NCBI GenBank assembly: GCA_963846905.1
Contig: CAWJYB010000056.1
Coordinates: forward strand, 1-32,000
Direction of reading: 5' to 3'
Origin: an uncultured Actinomycetota bacterium
Lineage (GTDB): Bacteria; Actinomycetota; Actinomycetes; Mycobacteriales; Mycobacteriaceae
Length of the DNA: 32,000 bases
Below, in pieces: positions 25,702 to 32,000 of this stretch. The translations under genes were made by a program, and so were the position numbers. Every line of letters begins with the position of its first letter. Position 1 is the stretch's first letter. The notes under the pieces were generated by a model. That model was not told the origin of the DNA. It worked only from the letters and a program-made list of their open reading frames with translations, and searched no databases.

Positions 25702-26954
25702 GCCTGGCCGACCCGACTCCCTTTGCGGATCCCGTTGCCAACGCGAATTTGCCGGCGGGGGCGGCTGCGGTGTTGCGCAGCACCGCAGCGATCCGCGATC
25801 GTGCCGGGCACCTGCTCGGACGGGCGCGCGCGGGACAGTCGCACTGGTTCACCGTGCACGATGAGGCATTACCCGCGGCCGCGGCTGTGGTCACCGACAT
25901 CATGCGCAGGCGGTACCCCGATCTGGCCGTCCCCTATCACAGTCGCTGGCGCCACTTCGAGACAGGCGGGATTGATCGCCGCGCGGATCTCGACCACAAA
26001 TTGTCGGGATGCGACCCGCCGACTCGCGCCCGCGCCCACATCGACCTCGCCGTGGTGAGCGTGCTTCTCGACGCCGGAGCAGGAGCCCGGTGGCACTACC
26101 GCGAAGCCGGCAAGGACTACCCCCGGTCGGAAGGGCTGGCCGTCGCGACCTTTCATGCTTTCACCGCGGGCCTGTTCTCCGCAGACCCCACCCGCCCCCT
26201 CCAAGTGGACGCATCGGGACTGCGGGCCCTGACCGCCGACAAGTTGGCCGGGGCATTACAGGTGCGCCCCGACAATCCGCTTGTCGGCCTGCATGGGCGG
26301 GTGGCGCTGCTGCACAGGCTGGGCGACGCGATGGCACGCCAGCCGCAGGCATTCGGACCGGCGGGGCGCCCCGGCGGGCTGCTTGACGTGCTGGCCGACG
26401 GTCCGCCGGTGACCGCGGATGCGATCCTGAACCACCTGCTGACGTCGTTTGCGGCCGTCTGGCCGGCCGGCAACGTCATCGGCGACCAGCACCTGGGTGA
26501 TTGCTGGCGACACGATGCCGCGCCCGGTCCGGGCCTGACCCGCGGGTGGATGCCGTTCCACAAGCTGTCGCAATGGCTCACCTACTCCTTGATCGAACCA
26601 CTGCAGTGGTGCGGTGTTCACGTGACGAGGCTGGACTCGCTGACCGGCCTCCCCGAGTACCGCAACGGTGGCCTGCTGCTCGACACCGGGGTGCTTCAGC
26701 TGCGTGACGCGGGCCTTTCCGTGCGGCCCTGGAAGGTCGGCGACGAGTTGGTGGTGGAGTGGCGCGCGCTGACCGTTGCGCTGCTGGACGAATTGGCCGT
26801 ACTGATCCGAGCCGGGCTCGGTACCGACCAGCAACAGATGCCGCTGGCCTGCGTGCTGGAGGGCGGAACCTGGGCCGCCGGGCGGGCCACGGCGCAGCGC
26901 CTGCGTGACGGCCGACCGGCCCTGAACATCGTCAGCGACGGTACGGTCTTCTAG
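25698..26954 (+). CDS. DUF1688 / URC4-family protein
   Basis: The 418-aa product contains [25 protein letters not shown], the HSRWRHF signature I associate with DUF1688. Its GTG start overlaps the upstream stop (GTGA), which implies co-translation with the URC1-like gene. Confidence 0.6.
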
Positions 26955-26955
26955 A

Positions 26956-27597
26956 ATGGCGGCGAGCATGCAGAACGTACATCTGGTCGACCACCCCCTG
27001 GTCCAGCACAAACTCACTTTGATGCGCCGAAAGAGTGTCTCCACCAACAGCTTCCGGCGGCTGTTGAACGAGATCTCGGCCTTGATGGCCTATGAGGTGC
27101 TGCGGGACTTACCGCTGCACGATGTCGAAGTCGAGACTCCGCTGGAGTGGACGACCGGGCGGGTAGTGGACGGTAAGAAACTGGTCTTCGTGTCGATCCT
27201 GCGTGCCGGAACCGGCATCCTCGACGGCATGCTCGGTGTGGTTCCCGGCGCCCGGGTCGGTCATATCGGTCTGTACCGCGACCCCAAAACGCTTGTGGCC
27301 GTCGAATACTACTTCAAGATGCCGGCCGGTCTGAACGAACGCGACGTGGTGGTGGTCGATCCCATGCTGGCAACCGGCAACTCGGCGGTGGCCGCGGTCG
27401 ACCGGCTCAAGGAGCAAAGCCCCAAGTCGATCAAGTTCGTCTGCCTGCTGACGTGCCCCGAGGGCATCGCGGCGATGGGCGACGCCCACCCCGATGTCCC
27501 CGTCTTCACCGCCGCCGTCGACCGCCGGCTCGACGAGCACGGTTACATCCTGCCCGGGCTCGGCGACGCCGGCGACCGGATCTTCGGGACGAAATAG
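26956..27597 (+). CDS. upp: Uracil phosphoribosyltransferase
   Basis: [30 protein letters not shown], the PRPP loop [15 protein letters not shown] and the C-terminal [17 protein letters not shown] span full-length Upp. The start is at 26956 or at the ATG at 26968. Confidence 0.9.
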   Translation: MAASMQNVHLVDHPLVQHKLTLMRRKSVSTNSFRRLLNEISALMAYEVLRDLPLHDVEVETPLEWTTGRVVDGKKLVFVSILRAGTGILDGMLGVVPGARVGHIGLYRDPKTLVAVEYYFKMPAGLNERDVVVVDPMLATGNSAVAAVDRLKEQSPKSIKFVCLLTCPEGIAAMGDAHPDVPVFTAAVDRRLDEHGYILPGLGDAGDRIFGTK

Positions 27598-27761
27598 TCC
27601 CAAATAGTCATGGCGATCCCGGGCGATACGGCGCATACCCGCCGTCCGCCGGGGGCAGATCTGTTTGGGTCGAGTCCGTGACGCTGAAGGACCTGTTCAC
27701 CTATCGTCCCCGACAGCTAAGTACTGTCTCTCGGAGATCACTCGCCTCAGGAGGTTGAGCC

Positions 27762-28652
27762 ATGACGCAGGTGATCGTCGTTGTGCTCGCGCTGCTTGCC
27801 GCACTCTGCGCTGCGGTCGGGATCGTCGTGCGTCAGCTGGCCACCCGGCATGTCCCCGCCGAGCACGGCATGACTCCGGTCATCGTGGTCGCGTTGGTGC
27901 GCAACCCGCTGTGGTGGGCCGGCACCGGGAGCGCGTTCTTGGGGTACGTGTTCCAGGCGTTGGCCTTGACCCACGGCTCGCTGTTGCTCGTGCAGCCGCT
28001 GCTGGCGTCGGCGTTGATGTTCGCCCTGCCGATCAGTGCCCACATCGCCGGCGACCGTGTCACCCGTGCGGAATGGGCATGGGCGGGGCTGCTGACCCTC
28101 GGTTTGGCCATTTTCGTGCTGGTGGGCCGCCCGCAGGAAGGCAGTTTCCAACCCAGCCTCGCAACCGCGCTCACCGTCGGCGCGGTCTGCATATCGCTGC
28201 TCACTTTCTGCGTGGTCGGAGCCGCGCGCAACATTGGCACCCGTCGCGCGGTGCTGTTGGCGATTGCCGTAGGGACGATGTTCGGATTGGTCGCGTTACT
28301 GACCAAGATCTGCACCCACCGACTCGCGGCGGATGGGTGGCAGGCCACGCTGGCCACACCGGCTCCCTATCTGTTGATCATCGTGGCCGTCACAGGCACG
28401 TTGCTCCAGCAGTCGGCGTTCCATGCCGGCGCCCTGCAGACATCGGTGCCGACAATGCTGGTCCTGGAGCCCGTGGTGGCGGTCGTGCTGGGCATCCTGG
28501 TATTGGATGAGCAGTTCACCGCCCGCGGGCCGGCACTGCTTGCGCTGCCGATCGCGGTGGCTGCAATGCTGGCCGGCACCGTCCTCTTGGGCCGCGACAC
28601 CGGCGCCCGTGACGAGAAGATCGCGCGGGGCCGCGCCCGAGACTCAGCGTGA
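27762..28652 (+). CDS. DMT-superfamily (EamA/NIPA-like) membrane transporter
   Basis: This 296-aa protein has about 9-10 hydrophobic segments. An AGGAGG SD sequence lies 7 nt upstream of the ATG. Confidence 0.65.
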   Translation: MTQVIVVVLALLAALCAAVGIVVRQLATRHVPAEHGMTPVIVVALVRNPLWWAGTGSAFLGYVFQALALTHGSLLLVQPLLASALMFALPISAHIAGDRVTRAEWAWAGLLTLGLAIFVLVGRPQEGSFQPSLATALTVGAVCISLLTFCVVGAARNIGTRRAVLLAIAVGTMFGLVALLTKICTHRLAADGWQATLATPAPYLLIIVAVTGTLLQQSAFHAGALQTSVPTMLVLEPVVAVVLGILVLDEQFTARGPALLALPIAVAAMLAGTVLLGRDTGARDEKIARGRARDSA

Positions 28653-29156
28653 TCGAGCCGGCCGGGATGGGTCGGCGCGGGCCGCTCGGGCGTCCGACAT
28701 CGCGCCTGGACGGTCCGGCACGGCAGCGCAACCATCGAAGCGCAACTGCACCCGAGTTCCCTGCGGTGAGGATTCGATCGTGGCGCCGTCGGACAGTGCG
28801 CGCATCAAGGGAATCCCCCGGCCGCGGGTGTGTCGGCGTTCGGCGGGCTCCACGTGACGCCAGACGCCGCGATCGGACACCACCACGACCAGGCTTGCGG
28901 CCGCCGCACTGTGGATCGCTTCTATCGCTACCGTTCCTGATTCCGGGAATGTGATGTAGGCGAACTCCGCAGCATTCGCCAAAGCCTCGTTGACGGCGAG
29001 CACGACATCGCTCGTGCGCTCCTCGTCGAGGGCCAGGTGGCCTCGAAGCCACTGTGCGAATTCGGACCTGATCGACCCCACTGTCCGGGCGTCAGCAGCC
29101 ACGACACGGACGAAGGATGCGTCCGCACTGTCCACTGCCTGCCCCGGGGTCTCCAT
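28644..29156 (-). CDS. Anti-sigma factor / serine kinase (RsbW/SpoIIAB-like HATPase)
   Basis: It has an N-box-like LAVNEALANAAEFAY and a G-box-like VVSDRGVW...RGRGIPLMRALSD. It lies directly downstream of a STAS-domain gene on the same strand. Confidence 0.65.
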   Translation of the reverse strand: METPGQAVDSADASFVRVVAADARTVGSIRSEFAQWLRGHLALDEERTSDVVLAVNEALANAAEFAYITFPESGTVAIEAIHSAAAASLVVVVSDRGVWRHVEPAERRHTRGRGIPLMRALSDGATIESSPQGTRVQLRFDGCAAVPDRPGAMSDARAARADPSRPARSR

Positions 29157-29187
29157 GGTGCCTTGTGACTACCCGCTCCCGCTGTGC

Positions 29188-29604
29188 TCACACCGCGACA
29201 TTTTCCAGTGCCTCGTCGAGAGTCGGATACAGGTCGATGATGTCGGTGATGCCCGTGATTTTCAGTGGACGACTGGTGGCCGGCCCGTCGGCTGCCACAA
29301 CCAACCGCGCACCGGATGCCGCCTCATGGGCGGCCACGAGAACCTGCATGCCGGCCGAAGCCAGGAAATCGACATCGGTCAGGTCGACGACCACAGCTTT
29401 GGGCTGCTTGAGCAATGTCGCCTCGATGCGGTGCGCAAGTTCGGGCGCCGTGAGCATGTCGATAGCTCCCGACGCGGATACCACCGCGACGGAACCGATC
29501 CACTTCTCGTCGAAGTTTGCCAGTTCGGGATTGGTAGATGGCGTACCGTGCTGCGCGTCCAAGAGACCCACCTCGTTTCTGGTAACCGCGAATTGGAGTT
29601 TCAC
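29188..29604 (-). CDS. Anti-sigma factor antagonist (STAS domain)
   Basis: VAVVSASGAIDMLTAPELAHRIEATLLKQPKAVVVDLTDVDFLASAGMQVLVAAHE...LKITGITDIIDLYPTLDEALE is the SpoIIAA-like pattern, including the conserved DFLASAG serine. The start is uncertain (GTG 29604 or 29571). The rest of the listed 324-aa ORF is not counted. Confidence 0.65.
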   Translation of the reverse strand: MKLQFAVTRNEVGLLDAQHGTPSTNPELANFDEKWIGSVAVVSASGAIDMLTAPELAHRIEATLLKQPKAVVVDLTDVDFLASAGMQVLVAAHEAASGARLVVAADGPATSRPLKITGITDIIDLYPTLDEALENVAV

Positions 29605-29799
29605 ATGTCCTGTCTCGCAAGGCTGTGATCTGAACCAGGCAAGTGATCGTGGTGTCCACGACTGCACATAGGCTATCCCACACGCGCCCAGCGTCGGTGC
29701 GTGAGCCATGTCGTTCTGTAGGGCCGCTCTGGTGAGTGCGAGGTACCTCAGACTCCTGAACAACGCCGTTCGCGGCAACGACTTGCTCGTTAGGATCGC

Positions 29800-30207
29800 G
29801 TGGCAATGAGAGCGATCGTATTGCTGGCGCACAGTGGCGAATTGGACCAACGCGGAACAGTGCACGCCCTCGGCCTGGGCTGGACCACAACTCCAACGCC
29901 AGTTCCCCAGCACGCACTGATCATTTTCGTCGAGGTGAACTGGTCCGAGCTTGGAACGTCCTTCCCGATCCGCGCCGAACTCGTCGACAGCGACGGTCTG
30001 CGCGTCGCTCGAACGGAGCACGGGGTCATCAAAGCCCGGCGCCAGCCCGTCCATCCCGAGGGGACACCGGTGACGATCCCCTTCATCGCGACCATTCCCG
30101 TGCTGAACCTGCAAGAGGGTCAGCGCTATCAGTGGCGGGTGCTGATCGACGGCGGTATGCACGAGGACTGGCTGGCCGGGTTCACCGTGACCCGCCAGCA
30201 GCGCTAG
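29800..30207 (+). CDS. Hypothetical protein (135 aa)
   Basis: The frame is open with coding-like third-position GC. The sequence looks protein-like (LGLGWTTTPTPVP..ALIIFVEVNWSELGTSFPIRAELVDSDG). I cannot assign a function. Confidence 0.5.
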   Translation: MAMRAIVLLAHSGELDQRGTVHALGLGWTTTPTPVPQHALIIFVEVNWSELGTSFPIRAELVDSDGLRVARTEHGVIKARRQPVHPEGTPVTIPFIATIPVLNLQEGQRYQWRVLIDGGMHEDWLAGFTVTRQQR

Positions 30208-30767
30208 ACGCCCGTCCAGGCCGTGTCGATCATGTGCTCGACATTGATGACCTGCGCTTCTTTCGACTCGGGTGCGTCGATTTGATTTGCGACGTGTGCG
30301 GCGGTGAATCGCCGGATCTCACCGTCGACGCCGCCGATGATGCGCACGATCTCTCCGCGGATCGACCGTGACGACACATGCACGCTGATGTCGGTCGGCC
30401 GCGGCTTGGCGACGTCGATGACCAGGATCAAGGGACGGGCCGCCCGGGCCGTTGCACGCAGCGCCACCTCGCCGTCCACGGTGAAACGCTGTTTGTCCAG
30501 ACGCAGGTCGACGGTCAGGTCGAGGTCGAGCGGGATGCGGATGTCGAAGGTCATGGTTTCGCCGAGGTGCCGGGTGGCCTGAGGTTCGCCGATCATCACT
30601 TTCGCCGTGACCTTGGCGATCCGCCCCGGGCCCTGGGCCATCGGACCCAACACGAATTCGTCACCGGCGATCGCGGCGAACGCTGCCGCGACGCGTTGTT
30701 CGGTCACGGCCACCTCGAAGAATCGGCGACCCCACTCCTCGTAGGTCAAGTAATCGAACGTGTCCAT
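30204..30767 (-). CDS. Hypothetical protein (187 aa)
   Basis: This is a clean ORF with a balanced composition (MDTFDYLTYEEWGRRFFEVAVTEQR...). It is convergent with the previous gene, with a 4-nt overlap. I recognise no domain. Confidence 0.55.
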   Translation of the reverse strand: MDTFDYLTYEEWGRRFFEVAVTEQRVAAAFAAIAGDEFVLGPMAQGPGRIAKVTAKVMIGEPQATRHLGETMTFDIRIPLDLDLTVDLRLDKQRFTVDGEVALRATARAARPLILVIDVAKPRPTDISVHVSSRSIRGEIVRIIGGVDGEIRRFTAAHVANQIDAPESKEAQVINVEHMIDTAWTGV

Positions 30768-30934
30768 AGTGCAGATACCGTCTCACGCCGGGGAGCCGCA
30801 ATCGACCATTACGCGCCGACGCACACCCGGCGGGATGCCGGCACCGTCGAAGTCAACAGGCCGCATTCGCCACCCTCCCGCTGAAGTGCCGCCAGTGCAA
30901 TCAAAAGTAAGCCCGCCCGCAGTATCGTCAGCAT

Positions 30935-31981
30935 ATGGGCCGTGACCACGATCGCCGCCCGGGGCGCGAATTACCGCCGGGGATGGTTGAGCAGCTCGAG
31001 ATCGCGTATTCGGGGATGGTGTCGTTCGGGCATCGACCGTTTCTGACCGAACCGGAACAGCTGGACTCGTGGCGCCCTGACGTCGCGATCGTCGGGGCGC
31101 CGTTCGACGTGGGCACCACCAATCGCCCCGGCGCCCGCTTCGGCCCGCGGGCGATCCGGGCCACGGCATACGAACCCGGGACCTATCACCTGGACCTCGG
31201 TCTGGAGATCTTCGACTGGCTGGAGGTCGTCGACTTCGGTGACGCCTACTGCCCGCACGGCCAGACCCAGGTCTGCCATGACAACATCCGCGAGCGGGTC
31301 TACACCATCGCCTCGCGCGGCATCGTGCCGGTGATCCTGGGCGGTGACCACTCGATCACCTGGCCGGCCGCCACTGCCGTCGCCGACGTGCACGGCTACG
31401 GCAACGTCGGCATCGTCCATTTCGACGCGCACGCCGACACCGCCGACATCATCGAGGGCAACCTCGCCAGCCATGGCACGCCCATGCGCCGGCTAATCGA
31501 GTCCGGCGCAGTGCCCGGCACCCACTTCGTCCAGGTCGGCCTCCGCGGATACTGGCCTCCCCAGGACACCTTCGAATGGATGCTCGAGCAAGGCATGACC
31601 TGGCACACGATGCAGGAGATTTGGGACCGCGGCTTCAAGGAGGTCATGCACACAGCGGTCGACGAGGCGTTGGACAAGGCCGAGAAGCTGTATCTCTCGG
31701 TCGACATCGATGTCCTGGACCCGGCTTACGCACCCGGCACCGGCACACCTGAACCCGGCGGAATCACCAGCGCCGACTTGCTTCGGATGGTGCGGCAGCT
31801 CTGTTACGAGCACGATGTCGCGGGTGTGGATGTCGTCGAGGTGGCACCGGCATACGACCATGCGGAGTTGACCGTCAATGCCGCCCACCGAGTCGTGCTC
31901 GAGGCGCTGTCCGGCATGGCCGCGCGCCGTCGCGACGCGGCCGGTCACAAAGCCGGACCTCCCTCACCTCAGGCATCCTAG
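30935..31981 (+). CDS. Agmatinase / ureohydrolase (arginase family)
   Basis: The Mn-binding motifs are GGDHSIT, HFDAHADT and SVDIDVLDPAYAPGTGTPEPGG, followed by a C-terminal EVAPAYD. The substrate (agmatine or a guanidino acid) cannot be told from the sequence. The start could be 30935 or the ATG at 30986. Confidence 0.85.
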   Translation: MGRDHDRRPGRELPPGMVEQLEIAYSGMVSFGHRPFLTEPEQLDSWRPDVAIVGAPFDVGTTNRPGARFGPRAIRATAYEPGTYHLDLGLEIFDWLEVVDFGDAYCPHGQTQVCHDNIRERVYTIASRGIVPVILGGDHSITWPAATAVADVHGYGNVGIVHFDAHADTADIIEGNLASHGTPMRRLIESGAVPGTHFVQVGLRGYWPPQDTFEWMLEQGMTWHTMQEIWDRGFKEVMHTAVDEALDKAEKLYLSVDIDVLDPAYAPGTGTPEPGGITSADLLRMVRQLCYEHDVAGVDVVEVAPAYDHAELTVNAAHRVVLEALSGMAARRRDAAGHKAGPPSPQAS

Positions 31982-32000
31982 GTCCGAAAGGGGCATCGAA

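Noticed and set aside
29605-30162. The N-terminal ~185 aa of the 324-aa ORF 29188-30162 as part of the STAS protein
   Set aside because: Only the C-terminal ~130 aa look like a STAS domain. The upstream part overlaps the plus-strand ORF 29800-30207, which has the better coding character.

Overview
This is a high-GC, Mycobacterium-like window with two very different halves. Positions 1 to about 19,950 are a graveyard of mobile elements. It holds two diverged copies of a ~2-kb unit carrying a flavin-monooxygenase-like gene, and each copy abuts a different truncated transposition gene (an IS21 istA fragment and a tniB-tniQ remnant). It also holds IS630-, IS4- and IS982-like fragments and two near-identical 1299-bp IS3-family copies in inverted orientation. 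There is a triple-nested insertion: an IS3 copy inside a three-recombinase RIT element, inside a group II intron, inside a gene fragment. Four type II toxin-antitoxin operons (2x vapBC, 2x mazEF), all on the minus strand, are punctuated by a conserved composite repeat (direct-repeat arms around a GGTTACCAGTA core). Two half-copies of this repeat break at the same point in the core. This cassette-array-like organisation, with no integrase visible in the window, is the most unusual signal here. Positions ~20,000-32,000 look like ordinary chromosome. They encode a Pro/Ala-rich secreted protein, a frameshifted serine hydrolase, an MFS transporter, a FabG3-like SDR and a URC1-like/URC4-like(DUF1688)/upp cluster suggesting URC-type pyrimidine catabolism. 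They also encode a DMT transporter, an RsbW-like kinase with a STAS antagonist, two hypothetical proteins and an agmatinase-family enzyme. All calls rest on reading the sequence and ORF translations by eye; no database search was possible. Several frameshifts fall in homopolymer runs and could be sequencing errors.
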